Shown one piece after another: positions 11,700 through 24,545 of a DNA stretch of 64,000 nucleotides. Within the stretch, counting starts at the first letter, position 1. Each line of letters begins with the position of its first letter. Both the position numbers and the translations under genes were made by a program. The DNA is taken from contig NC_081358.1 of the NCBI RefSeq assembly GCF_030684315.1, forward strand, positions 80,874,458 to 80,938,457, given 5' to 3'. The DNA is from Stegostoma tigrinum. Its lineage: Eukaryota. Below the pieces are notes generated by a model that worked only from the letters and a program-made list of their open reading frames with translations, was not told where the DNA came from and searched no databases.

Positions 11700-12340
11700 T
11701 GAATTGAACTGAATCATTTATTGTCATGTGTTCAATGTAAAAATACAGTGAAAAGTGTGTATCTTCACCATCCAAACATGGCGCGGTTCACTTTAACTTA
11801 GAATAAGACAAATAAAAGAGATGACTTAAGAGAGTCCAACTTTCCTTTCCACTGTCACAGTCCCACTCCAGGCTTTCCAGCTCCAGCCATGCCTCCAACA
11901 AAGTCCCACTTTGGACTTTCCAGCTCTTGCCACACCTCCGACAGGGCCCTACTCCGGGCTTTCCAGCTCTTGCCATGCCTCCGACAGAGTCCCACTACTG
12001 CTGTCCCACTGACCCAATCTCACCACCACTGCCTTACCGGCCCACTCTCGCTGGCCCACCCTTGATCTGCTGCAGTTGCTCCGGCTCACAATTGATCAGC
12101 CAACATTACAGGACACAACCCGCATGTTCAGCTCCCACCACATGGTTCCCAGTCGCAACCCGGTTCCTTCCTGACTCCTTAGGTAGGTGGTAAAACGATA
12201 TCAGCAGGAGGAATAGAATTGCAATGGAGGGATAGAGAAGAAGGAAGAGAAGAAGGGACAAAAAAAAAGAAAAAAAGAACTGGCAAGCAGAGTGGACCTC
12301 CGAATGGAGCAACTTACCTTGTTGCTATCTTACCGGAAGA
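11700..12340 (-). mobile_element. Non-autonomous LINE-derived element with an aataaa-(ttcaa)n type tail
   Basis: Tail at 11700-11760 resembles 23570-23620(+) and 60400-60460(-); no coding capacity recognised. Confidence 0.45.
11859..11996. repeat. 43-bp tandem repeat, about 3.1 copies
   Basis: tcccact...tttccagctc...cctccgaca recurs at 11861, 11904, 11947, 11990. Confidence 0.85.
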
Positions 12341-12744
12341 TTATAATATTACAAGAAATATTAATTTTGATTGCAATTAAGCTTAATTGTCCTGGATGTT
12401 GGCAATACAATACGGTTCAATTTTTATTTTATGAGTTTATTATTTCGCTACTTCTTCAATATTAACAGTCCCTTCCACTCATCCCAAAGGTAATCTAGTC
12501 ACTAATTGTTTTTTATGATTATTTAATGTCTTCAACAACAGCTTGAATAGTCTGACGTGTGATTTGGCTCATTTTTAATCTATCTGCAATTTGTCCAATG
12601 AATTTAGCCAAGTCATAAATAATTGATCAGATGTTTAAATGTTCAATATCCTGCTATGCTGTGATTCTGTTGCTATCCTCAGACTGTGTACCAGTACCTA
12701 CTGGTCTCAATAAATGTCTTAATGCTGTTACCAATGATGCAAAT

Positions 12745-12930
12745 ATCCAGGAGAAGTGGACATTTTCCCTTGTTGGGCAATCTAGAATGAAAGGTCATAG
12801 TTTTAAGTTAAGGTTTGGTAGTTTTAAACTAGAGATGAGGAGGAATTACTTCTCTCAAAGGGCTGTGTATCTGTGGAATTCACTACATCGGATCTGGTGG
12901 CAGACTGAATAAATTTGAGGAGACAGACAG
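12745..12930 (+). mobile_element. CR1 3' fragment
   Basis: GHSFKLR..EMRRNYFSQRAVYLWNSL, the CR1 ORF2 C-terminus. Confidence 0.75.
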
Positions 12931-13195
12931 ATTTTCACTCAATAGGATTCTACGTGCTGTTTATTTGCTCAATAAGTTGTATGTAATATTCCAAGTTAAT
13001 TAAGAAATTTACAATATATTGTTTAACCTGCCTTGATGCATTTGCAACCTTTTCTTCAGCATGAATAATTCAAAATGTTGATTTTTATCCATGCGTTTAT
13101 AAATTTTTAAATTAAAATTTCAAAATATGTTAATAATTAATCATTTAAGGGTGAAGTTAATTAGAAGTATAACTCCAATTAAACAATAAATGTTT

Positions 13196-13431
13196 GATCA
13201 AAAACAAAGTTGCTGGAAAAGCTTAACAGGTGGGCAGTACCTGTGGAGGAAATAAACAGAATTAATGTTTCGGGTCCAGTGACCCTTCCACAGCTCTGAG
13301 GAAGGGTCACTGGACTCGAAACGTTAACTCGGCTAATTTCCTTCACGGATGCTGCCAGACCTGCTGAGCTATTCCAGCAACTTTGTTTTTGCTCCTGATT
13401 TACTGCATCCCCAGTTCTTTTAATTTCTTTT
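13196..13431. mobile_element. Penelope-terminus fold-back element (second family) with a hammerhead core
   Basis: Inverted arms; CTGAGGA 13296-13302, GAAA 13318-13321, GTT; 12-bp TSD CAATAAATGTTT at 13184-13195 and 13432-13443. Confidence 0.85.
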
Positions 13432-13516
13432 CAATAAATGTTTCATGGTAGGAATGGTTCATGTGTGTCTGTTTGGTTTTTTACATATAAAAAAAGAGAC
13501 CATTGTCTTCTGCTAA

Positions 13517-13922
13517 CAAAGTGTGGAGCTGGATGAACACAGCAGGCCAAGCCTTCATGGGGTCTGGGATGGGGGTGAGGGAGGAGGTGTAGGGGCAGGT
13601 GTAGCACTTCCTGCAGTTGCAGGGGAAGGTGCCGGGTGTGGTGGGGTTGGAGGGGAGTGTGGAGTGGACAAGGGACCCCCGGATGGAGTGGTCCCTCCAG
13701 AAAGCAGACAAGGGTGGGGACGGAAAAGTGTCTTTGGTGGTGGGGCCGAAATGCAAATGGCAGAAGTGTTGGAGGATGATGCGTTGGATCCGGAGGTTGG
13801 TAGGGTGGTACATGAGGACGAGGGAGATTCTCTTTTGGTGGTTATTGCGGGGATAGGGTGTGAGGGATGAGTCGCGGGAAATGCAGGAGATATGGTTGAG
13901 GGCGTTCTCGACCAGTGCAGGA
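13517..13922 (-). mobile_element. Internally deleted Penelope-like fragment
   Basis: YHPTNLRIQRIILQHF...CNCRKCYTC fused directly to terminal-repeat sequence; TTCTGCTAA duplicated at 13508-13516 and 13923-13931. Confidence 0.85.
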
Positions 13923-14029
13923 TTCTGCTAATTGCATTTACAAAATTATTTTAAGTTTGTTTGAGTTTGTGCATTCTGAATTTGGCAAGGACTGACTTAA
14001 TTGCAGTGTGGTTCCAGTAAGTTAACGTA

Positions 14030-14208
14030 AGGACAGATTACTGCAGATGCTGAAATCTGTACAGAAAACAGCAAATGCTGGAGATCACAATGAGTCAGGC
14101 AGCATCTGTGGAGAGACAGCAAGCCAACATTTTGAGTGCAGATCATTGAGACTTGACATATTAGCTTGCCCTCGCTCCATGGATGCTGCCTGGCCCACTG
14201 AGATTTCC
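14030..14208. mobile_element. Diverged Penelope-terminus fold-back element
   Basis: ctgcagatgctg...ggcagcatctgtggag followed by the inverted ctccatggatgctgcc. Confidence 0.6.
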
Positions 14209-16359
14209 AAGTTAATTTAGGGTTATTTTAACTTGGTCAGATAATGTAGAATGAATCATGTTCGATCAGCCTTCATTCCTCACAAAATTTCACAAAGGAA
14301 AATGAATTTTCATTTCAAGCAAGTAAAAAATCAAGGTGATATACACTGACTGACAGATCAGTTTAATTATCATTCAAATTCAAAAATACAACCATCTAGA
14401 TAAAGCAAATTTTTGCCACTGCCTGCATCTCTCATACTTTCAACATGTTCGCTTAAATTCACTTTGCTTGATGCTGTTCCCCCATCTCCAACTACCTTTG
14501 AATGAGGTAGCGGCATAGTGGTAATGGGCTATATTTTTCTTTTCAAGGAAGGTAGTATTTTCAGGAACTTACCCAGTTTTGCTCATTATCTGGGGAGAGA
14601 GTTCACCCAAAGTCAGGATTTTATTGACATATAATCATTACCTGTTCCCCAGTTCCATTTGGTCACAGGCATCCTTGCCAAATCCTATGAGATGATGACA
14701 GATTCACCCTTCTATACTTTTTTGAAATAATTCAGAGTGTAATGAATGACAAATAAATTATAATAAAAAGGTGGTAAAAATAGAAAATGACAACACACTG
14801 TCCAAAATGACAGCAGCCTAGATCCCCAAGTTTTTGGTGTACATTAAAGTTGCAAATGTTTTTTTGCCTGTATTTCTAATAGTTTCTGAGATCTTGCTCA
14901 TTTCTTCATAAAGCAATCAAAAGCTGACTGCTGCTATTCATCCATTCCAACTTGGTGATTTCTTCATCAACTGTTGTAAGATTGTAACATCAGTGCTCAG
15001 TCTTTTGTAATTTATATGCTTATTAAATGTGTATTATCTTATATCACTTATCACTGATGTGGAACATAATGAGTATTATTGCTGAATCCCATTTTAGAAT
15101 TACTTCCAATAATCTTGCGAAGAAAAGTACCATATCAACCAATTTAACAAGAGTGAGACTTTCTGCCCCTCAGATAGTTCTTATTACTCATCTGATCTTT
15201 TTAGCTCCCCAAGTTAAAGAGCAATAATTGTGCACTTCTTCCAAAAGGTTGAACAGGCTTCTGATTGTTGTGGTATTCTTAGTTTATATTATATTACTTG
15301 ATTTTGTCAAATTACTCCTGGCATCTTACCATCAATCTTGCTATACTGCTATTGTTTGCTCACCTCCTCTAAATAACAGGAGCTTTATCAATCATTCATG
15401 ATTTCTTTCTAGGAGCATCTTCACTCCAGAGCCACTGCCTGAGCTTCCATCTCATACTTCATGTCCTTACTCCCTTGCCTGAACATCTTAACTCTTATAC
15501 TATTCTTTCAACCAATCATTTTATTTTTCAGTGGCCTTCTCTGCTACACTTGTAAAGTTGTTGGTTAATGTTGAACTTTCAAACTCACTTTTGGAAGTTG
15601 TCCTTTGAGACTCATGGTCACAGGTTAATCGTCAGTACTGATCTGTCCTATGTCAATAATTTGAACAGTTTCATCCTCATAGCTGTGTAACATATAGGTA
15701 TAAATGTTGCAGTTTTTTGAAGTAAGTTACATCAATTCACCATAGCCCATATCACTCAGAACCCTTATGCTTTCAAACACAGATACGAGAAGTGCCCATT
15801 TCCTCATTACCTTCCACAGCTCCTTTAGAATCTTCTCATTTATAATCCACTCTAAGCAATGTTGAAAATGGTAAAGTTTGAAAACTTGATGTGTGTGATT
15901 ATTATTTTTCTGTCTCTACCCATAAACTTTTGCATGCACCTTTACTCTTTAATTTGCTCTCTTTTATAATAAACTATATTCCCTGATTGAAACAAGTTTC
16001 TGCTAACAACGCATTATGTCTTAAGGCTTATCGAATTTTCACTGAGACTTCAGCTTCCATGAAAGTCTTTCTGCTGCCACATTCAAAATTATAAAATTCA
16101 TACTCACGTATCTCCAAATTCATCATTCACAAACATATCCCTCCCCATATTATCAGTTAGGGAGATTGGAAGTAGTCCAAGTCAGTTCCTATCCACTTTT
16201 AAATGAACTTAATTTCAATTCCTCAAAATGCAAATTGGAATGTTTTTCTTTATCCGAAATGTTTAAATACATAACCGAAACCTCATTGAAATCTCTTGCT
16301 AAGGGCAGACTTATAGTAAATCATGATGGTGTCCTTCAACATTTCTCACAAACCTCACT

Positions 16360-16700
16360 TTTTTCCTTTACTCATAAGATGTGGGCGCTGCCGGCTACCC
16401 CTTGTTGCCCTTGAGAAGGTGGTCCTGAGCTGCCTTCTTAAGCCACTTGAGTCCATTTGCTGAAGATAGTTTCAAAATGCCATGGGGGAGGGAATTTTGA
16501 GATTTTGATTCAGTGACACTGAAAGAACTGTGGTATTTTCCAAGTCAAGATAATGAGTGGCTTGGAAGTGGTATTCCCATATGTCTGCTACCTTTGTCCT
16601 TCAAGATGGTAGTAGTCATGGTTTTGGAAAGTGCTGTCTAAGGAGCCTTCATGAATTTCTGCAACACCTCTTGTAGATCGTGCACACTGCTGCTATAATC
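16360..16700 (-). mobile_element. 3' end of a CR1/L2-group LINE
   Basis: ttgcccttgagaaggtggt...gctgccttct tail shared with 26900-26990(+), 31500-31620(-) and 43400-43470(+). Confidence 0.65.
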
Positions 16701-17239
16701 CATTTGGTTTCTCTTCTGTTTGTTTATCGTAATCCCCAACCATTATTCTTAATTCCTTAACTATGTAAGTTGTAATTTTTTAAAAGACAAGTAAACAAAT
16801 TTCCAATGTAATTTTAACACAATTGACATTTTGTCTCCAAAATTTCTATCCCTAATGTTTATTACACATTTTTTTCAGTTGAAATATTATATTCCATTTA
16901 AGAAGTCCGTACTGACCAGATTGAGTAAAGTACAAATTCATGCATTTTTCAAATACAATAACTTTGTCATGCTATGTACTCAGTTTCTTCTGTAAATTTT
17001 TTTTATCAATAGCCTACTTAATAACAAAGGTATTTCACCTGATATTATACACATCCTAATCAAATGATTGATTCTATTTTACAAATAATGACTACTCTTT
17101 TTAAATATTTTCCAGTGTTATTATCTTCAAACTTGAAATGTGTTGGACTGTCAAATTCCTTACCTTTATTCTGATCTTTACTAGTAAGAATCTAGGTAGC
17201 ATTTTAGTAGATCCTGTAGACTCCATGAAAAGTCTAGCC

Positions 17240-18215
17240 AGTCACTCAACTAATAACTCAGAAACTTGTAGTAATAGTCTGGGGATAAAGGTTCAATTTA
17301 GTTCATAACAGCTGACAGAATTTAGATTCAGTGACACTGAAAGAATAGTGACATATTCCAAGCCAAGATAATGATTGGCTTGGAGGAGAGTTTGCAGGTA
17401 CCGCTATTCCTATGAATCTGCTACCAACAGCATGGGGTCAAATCCTGCACCAGCTGAGGCTACTATTGAAGGACTGTCCTTCTCAACTTCTCTCCTCACC
17501 TAAGGTGTGATGTTCCTTAAGTTAATGAGAAAGCAGCCCTTTAGGGCTGTGGCTACTTTTACCATCATGCCATTTTTGATTGTTTTAAAATCTATCTGGT
17601 TCACTAACATACTTAGGAAAATAAATCTGTTGCCCTTTCCTTGTCTGCCCTAATCTGACTTCAGCAGTGTAATTGGCCCATAAATGTCCCCAGGAATGGC
17701 ATAGCAAACTGTTGCAAAATCTAAAAGACTGAAAACTGGATGGATCATGTAACATTGACTTGGCACCTGGTATAAAAATTGCCCCTGTGCCCAACTGACT
17801 TTGCAAAGTCGTCCTTCCTAATATTCCAGAGATTTGAACCAAAATTGGGTCAATTATTCCACGGAATAGTTCAACAACAACCTTAGATAACCATGCTTAT
17901 AGAATTACGTCATATTCTCTGATTGATCAGATGGATGCAGCTTTAAAAACACATTAAGCTTGACGCCAACCAGGAAAAGAACATCGCTCTTGACTCGTAC
18001 TCAATCCATCACCATAAACGTTCATTCCTTCACCATCAATTGCCTAGAATAATGCTTTACTGCAAGATGCACTGCATTGACTCACCAAGGCTCCTAGCAC
18101 CTTCCATGGTTGCAATGGTTCAAGAAAGAAGCTTTTCACCACCTGCTCAAGGGAATGTAGGGATGAGAATAAAATTCTGGTCCAACAACTCGCACATCTC
18201 ATAAACAGGTAAGTA
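17240..18215 (+). mobile_element. Internally deleted CR1/L2-group LINE with tRNA-like head; short SINE piece nested at about 17425-17560
   Basis: Head resembles 22610-22890; then EPKLGQLFHGIVQQQP (endonuclease start); then the 3' tail of the same family. Confidence 0.55.
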
Positions 18216-19499
18216 AACACCTTTGTCACTGTGGCAGGGAAGACGTGACTGAAGTCTAAATAAGTGAAGGTACACAGTTTTCTTCAATTTAGTTAACATC
18301 TGTGAGTTATTGCATATATTTAGAATTTAAAAATGATGGATTTAAATAAAAAGTTCCACCATGTGGAGGGTGAATAAGGAAGATGGAAGGCAACGAAAAA
18401 CATTGAGACAGGGCACATGGTTAAGACAACATCTACCATTAGTGAGTTTTAGCTTATTCTGATTGTACATGGATTTTTTTTATTTAGCTGGTCACTTTAT
18501 CGAGATTTGATTTTTACCCATGCTGATTTATGCAGAATTGTCATTAATTTGTTCATATTGATATTACATATGTTTAGGCTGTTTTTTCAAAAAAATGTCT
18601 TCACTGACTAAATCAGAGATGACTTAACAGTTTAGCAACTTAATCAACGCATCACTTTTGATTTTCTTTTCATTTTGATTGACATTCTCTAAAAAAAACC
18701 CTCAAATTAAATGTAGTCAAAATCATTCATTGAATGTGATCACCATTATTTTAATCTTGAAGTTGATTACATGTATTTGGTATTCATCTAATATCCTTTC
18801 TGTATGTACATTTAGATTTTACTTAGTCCAGCCAGAATAGTTTTGGTCTAAGCAATGTAACCAAATGATCCCAATACATCTCACAATAACCGAATGAAAA
18901 ATGGACAATAGGCCATAAATGGAGCAATTAGCAGCAGTAATTTAAAACCTTGATCATTGTACTTCGAAAAATGTTTTTAACAGACTTTAGTGGCAGAATT
19001 CCATGGAGAAATTTGAAATTTAGTGCAGAAGATCCAGTGCAAGTCACTGAGGGCAGGGTTAATAAACACCCCAACTGGACAGCAGAGGATCAGATGGCAG
19101 CTCACTACCAACTTCTCAAGTGCTGCAAGGGATGGGCAAGAAAAGCTGGTCCAGTCAGTGGTGCCCATATCCTGTCAGTAAATAAAATAAAAACTGGGGC
19201 GTAATTTCCCCGTTTGCAATTGGTGTTTTATTCGGTGAAATCCATGGTACCCAATCAGCCATGGCTCAGTGATTTTTCGCTCATGATCTGCCACTCTTCA
19301 CCTGACGAATGATAAAACTGGGCTTTTTGACACCCTTGTAAGGGAATCCTATTACCTAAAGGCACAAACGCTACCAACTGATCAGACTGTCCAGCATTAG
19401 CGCTGCTGGGCCCACATGCAAAGCCTAAGTGCACATCACTTTAGATGCTGTAAACCAGAGACTGGTCTTCACACTGTGGTGTTTCATCATTATCACTGA

Positions 19500-20010
19500 G
19501 GTAATGGCCCAGAAAACAAAGCTCATACTTCTGAGGATCCTAATGATGCTGTTGCAAAGGGTGTTGGAGGGGTTCATCCTCTATCCTGCAGACTGTCAGA
19601 GAAGGTCATGCTACTTGATGCAGCTAGTTTGAACACAGATAGTGGTTGCATTCAGTGCATTCACTCTGCTACATCACATTCCACAAGGCCACCACCGACT
19701 TGAACTCTGCAGCTCCCACCCCTCTCATCACCCCAAATTACTAACTATCTCTGCTCTCTGCATTTCCTTCACACTCCTGAAGGACTCTTCACCGTCTTTC
19801 TCAGTCAAATATCATCACTAGCCACTCTCCCATCAAAATTCATCACTCATTTTGACATATTGGTGGAGGTATTAGCCCACATCCACAACCAAGCCAAGAA
19901 GGCTAAGACCAGCAGAATGTGGTGGCAGACATCAGGCTGATCTCTTCATATGAGGAGAAGATTCTCAATCTTGGTGGAGATAAGCATGACTGCTCATATG
20001 GTGAGAGAAT
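19500..20010 (+). pseudogene. Harbinger Myb/SANT-like DNA-binding protein remnant, two exon-like blocks
   Basis: ILYPADCQRRSC..V*TQIVVAFSA and LAHIHNQAKKAKTS..VADIRLISSYEEKILNLGG resemble Harbinger ORF2 (MSANTD/NAIF1-like). Confidence 0.55.
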
Positions 20011-20679
20011 ACCTTAATGGGTCAGCCAATTCTGCAATATCCACTGTGTTGGACTACACTGGTTTCCCATTGCTACCAGTTGGAACTCATTCTTTATTTG
20101 CACAAGTTTTTTTAAAAGTTCTTACACAATTTATCACCTCTATTTTATGTAGGCAGGCACTAAAGGCACCCAGCAGACCTCAGTAAGGAAGATGCCAGTA
20201 TTGGAGACCCCCAATTGCAATTATGAGGAGGAAGCCACTGAATGCTCAGCAATACAATGGGAAGGCTTTCATCTGTACCCTCCACTAGCTCAGAGACTTT
20301 AACGTTGCTGGGTTCTCTATTAGATTAGATTTGGGAGCACATCACTGAAATGCTTCTGCTCCTCATCACAGAAGAGACATCCCACGTCACTGTCACACAG
20401 AAGATTAAGGGTGACCAGGTACCTGCTTAGACTGAAGCAGAAGACAAATCACTTTTCTTGACAGATAATGACTTTATCAAAATGCTTGGATAGATGTTAC
20501 ACATCACTGTAGAAATGCACTGGAATACAAACCCTGCTTTGCCCAGAGACATCACAAAAGTTAAAGATTTTATAAGATCATGCAAAAATTCCCCAATTGA
20601 CATGTCTTTTAGATTCAGAATGACAGAAAACACAGATCAGGTTTCTGCACTTAGCAAGAATTATTATTTATTACATTGA

Positions 20680-20935
20680 CAAGTTGATGGAGTGGGCAGA
20701 TTGCTGGCAAATGAGATTCAATGCAGAGAAGTATAAGATGATGCATTTTGGGAGGAAGAACATTGAAAGACAATATAAAATACAGGTTACAGTTTTAAGA
20801 GGTTCAGGAGCAGAGGGACCTAGTGTATGTGTACATAAATCATGGAATGTGATAGGACAGCTGGGAAGAACTGATAATAAATTGTACAGTGTTCTCGGCT
20901 TTATTAGTAGGGCCAGAGTACATGAGCAGGAAGGT
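20680..20935 (+). mobile_element. CR1 RT fragment
   Basis: EWADCWQMRFNAEKYKMMHFGRKN. Confidence 0.8.
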
Positions 20936-21504
20936 GGAGTCGAACTTCCTCAACAGCTCCTATCCACAGTGTTCATTGAGGTGATTTATTTTGCATGTCA
21001 GCACCTGCTAACTCTAGATCTCCCTTCGCCAGAAACTTTCACTTCCTTACAGGAAGCACAGAGTAACTGGTTTACGTTTCAAGCTTAAAGGTGTATTTGC
21101 TGCAGAAAGACAGGTAGCTTCTTCCTTTCTGGAGGTCTGATGACTTCTGACATGAACATTCACATCCACAAGCTGTTCAACAAATTGGGAGCCAATCATG
21201 TCGTTGTTAACTGGCAGTAGGCCTTTGTCATGGAAACTGAGCAATATTTCCTAGACCAAGCAGCTGCCTGTTGCTGGCCAAATCTCCATTCATACATACC
21301 CTTGCTCCACCTCATTTGCAACAAGTCCTTCCCTTCTACTCATTGTAACACTGTTACACTGCTGTTTGTTCAATTAGTGCCAGCCTGCTTTACAAAGGGC
21401 TGCAATCCTTTCCATAATCATTGGTTTTTGAAACAATCGTTTTTCTATTTCAGTCCACAATTCAAAGGACAAAAGACAATTGTGGACTGAAATAGAAAAA
21501 TGAT

Positions 21505-21820
21505 TGTACAGTAGCACAATGGTTAGCACTGCTGCCTCACAGTGCCAGGGACCTGGGCTCAATTCCACCCTTGGGCGACTGTTTGTGTCGAGTTTGCACA
21601 TTCTTCCTGTGTCTACATGGATTTCCTCAGGGTGTTCCGGTTTCCTCCCACAGTCCAAAGTTGTGTAGGCTAGATAGATTGGCCATTCTAAATTGCCCAT
21701 AGTGTTCAGGGATGTGTAAATTAGGTGGATTAGAGGGGGATGGGTTTGGGTGGGTGGTCTGAAGGTCGGTGTGGACCTGTTGGGCCAAAGGGCCTGTTTC
21801 CACATTGTAGGGATTCTATG
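21505..21820 (+). mobile_element. HE1-type tRNA-derived V-SINE
   Basis: tRNA-like head tggttagcactgctgcctcacagtgccagggacc, V-core ccggtttcctcccacagtccaaag, CR1-like tail gggcctgtttccac. Confidence 0.85.
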
Positions 21821-22609
21821 AAAGATATGGTCTTTGCACAGGTAGGGGATTACAGGCAAGTTTGTGATATCCAATTGATAAGTTGAACTGAAGAACAGCA
21901 GAGTCTACCAATGTTATTAGTGTTATGTTGCTTCAGAATACATGCTGTTGGGCTGTCCATTTGATCGGTTTGGCTACTGCCTAGGAGACTCCAATCCAGT
22001 ACATTCTATTGCTGGATATGTGCATGGACCTGCTCTCAGTCATTGTGGATATAGATGGTCTGCAACAATGGCAAGGCTAAGGCACCACCATCATTCCTAG
22101 CCTTAGATTGCAAATCCTGTGGAAATTCAAGATGACGAGGGTGGGCCTACATCTGGGAAGAATAATCTCAGCAGGCCTGGGCCCTCTAGGCCCAAATACC
22201 CCTGGAGACAACTGCCCAAGTCTTCCAGGCCAACAGGGCTAATTACAAAGCAAACTCCCTCCACCAGCGCTGCAGATATTTGTACTACAGTAAATGTAGT
22301 GGAAGGGAGAGGAAGAATAAACCTTATTGACGATATATAGATGGCGTGGTGAGGGATGCATAATAGTGAATAACCTTGCACTTATGTAAATTTCTTTTCA
22401 CTTGCTGTTCCAGTGTCTTTTTTCACAATGGTGCCTCTCGCAGGCTCATTCCTTGCCAAGCAAATGCACAAACATTTCGGAGCAACTTACGACCATTCTG
22501 AAACATTGAAAGATCATCGATGTTGGAAGATTCAAAGGGAAATTCCTCAGGATTCCTCTCACCTGTTGGCTATTATGAGATGCTTCATTGTACAACACTC
22601 AGACATGAG

Positions 22610-22950
22610 ACTGGGAGGTAATGGCCTTGTGGTCTTATCAGTGGACTGCTATTCCAGAGATCTAGATGATGTTCTGTGGGGACCTGGGCTTGAATTCTGC
22701 CACAGCAGATGGTGGAAATTTGAATTCAATAAAAAACTGGAATTAAGAGTCTAATGATGACCATGAATCCAATTTGAATTGTTGGAAAATCTCATCTGGT
22801 TTACTAATGTCCTTTAGGGGAGGAAACTGTCACTCTTACCTGATCTAGCCTTCATGTGTCTCCAGGCCCACAGCAATGTGGTTGACTCTGTAGGGATGGT
22901 CCTAGGTTGAGACTGTAGCCACAGACATACCCATCCCATGAATGAATAAA
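22610..22950 (+). mobile_element. tRNA-derived SINE sharing head and tail with the CR1/L2-group LINE
   Basis: A-box-like tggccttgtgg, body gaaatttgaattcaataaaaa, tail cccatgaatgaataaaaaa; second copy at 38030-38380. Confidence 0.75.
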
Positions 22951-23724
22951 AAAAGTACAAACAAAAACACAGGATGGCAGAGAAAAACAGGTGGTATGGC
23001 AGCATCTGTGGAGAAACAGAGTTAATGTTTCAATTCCAGTATGATTCTTCCTCAGAAATGATATACTGCCTGAAGCCTTAAGAGCATCCTAATCTTAACT
23101 TTAACCTTACATGTTGGTTGATGTTCTCACTGACTGCTGCTTTTCCCTGAATGGTCAATAAGACTTGTAATGTGTAGATACTTAAAAGTGGGACCACCCC
23201 AAATGTATAGTTAGCTGGTTAATGAGACATTTATTCATTAACATAAAGGTCCACGACTGCAACAATAACAATATTTACTTATCTTTTGCACTAAGCAGGG
23301 ATTGCTTTACAGATTAACAATAGAATCTTGGCCATTTCGACAGTGTCATTTGAGCTCAGTCATCCTATAAGCAGTTTTCAGTAAGGTCATTGCTGGTCTA
23401 ACAGGCAGGGCATTTGATCTTTTGTATCTAGTTATCTTTGTTGCTGGCTCTGTAAGAACTGTAATGCTGATTATTTACTTTTTTTTTTCCATTTTTCTTA
23501 TTTATATTTCAGATTTTGTACCTAGGTATCTTTATGCCTAAAATGATTCCAGAAATGGTGACTTTGTACTCATGTACCACTGTTATTGAGTACATGTGAC
23601 AATAAATCTAATTCTAATCCTAATGATATAGAATTGTCATGTCATGCTTTCCTGTTTAATGTCTTAATCTTTACCCTCTGATAATTATTGTCATTCACAT
23701 ATTTTGTCTGCATTCAGGGCATTC

Positions 23725-24545
23725 CTCCTTTATCAGCTCCAGTTTTGAAAGGACCAGCATGTCACAATGAAATGGGACATCCTGCTTGGACCATACTTTA
23801 GAGCTTCTGTAGACCAACCCAAGCATCATCCTGAAGAGTCCTATGGTTTGTTCCGAATTGTCCCTAGTGGTAGCATTAGCAGGATTGTATCTTCATTCAT
23901 CTGTCAGTCCGAGGGCTTCATAAAGACGTCACGAGTTATGTGTGGAAAGGAGCCCTTCATCTTCCAGAAATCATCCCCGTGTGGCCTGTTGAATCTGCAG
24001 GAAGCATTAACCTAGAATTCTCCAGTATATGAGAGTCAGAGAAGTTCCCAGGATATCTTGGAGAGACTTCCAATATCTGATTTCAACGGCCGCACATTAT
24101 TTGTACACCAATGTAGTGAAAACCTCCTTTGTTGATAAACTCTGCAGGTCAGTGAAAAGGGTCTCTGAAAGCAACATGAGTGCTGTTGATAGCCTGTGCC
24201 AGTGATCGTGGAGAATCCCTCTGCCAAATTGTTTGACTACCATCATCATGGGGGCACAGCTTGTGGAAATTGCATTAATTTCATTCCAGATGCATTTATC
24301 AGTTGAGGATTGGGAGATGCCAAGTCTTTGCTTCTGGGAAAGTAAAATGTTCAGGGCAGCTGCAACATTGCCAGCCACTGGAATGGGATTGCTTCCTAAT
24401 CTTTCTAAGTGCAAGTCCTGTTCCAGGAAATAACAAATTCAGTGCTGATGGCCTGGGGCATTCTTTAATCAGTTCCTGCACATTCTTTCAAAGAGTTTGA
24501 AGAAATTGACTGTGAGGCCTGTAGATCTGGTTTCTCATCATTTTC
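23725..24545 (-). pseudogene. Harbinger (HARBI1-like, DDE_Tnp_4) transposase pseudogene
   Basis: PIPVAGNVAAALN, GISQSSTDKCI, AINSTHVAFRDP, FINKGGFHYIGVQIMC, RYPGNFSDSHILENS, RYNPANATTRDNSEQTIGLF, ALKYGPSRMSHFIVTC, with stops and frameshifts. Confidence 0.88.

Noticed and set aside
23725-24545. Domesticated HARBI1 gene
   Set aside because: Multiple stops and frameshifts and altered catalytic motifs (AINSTH).
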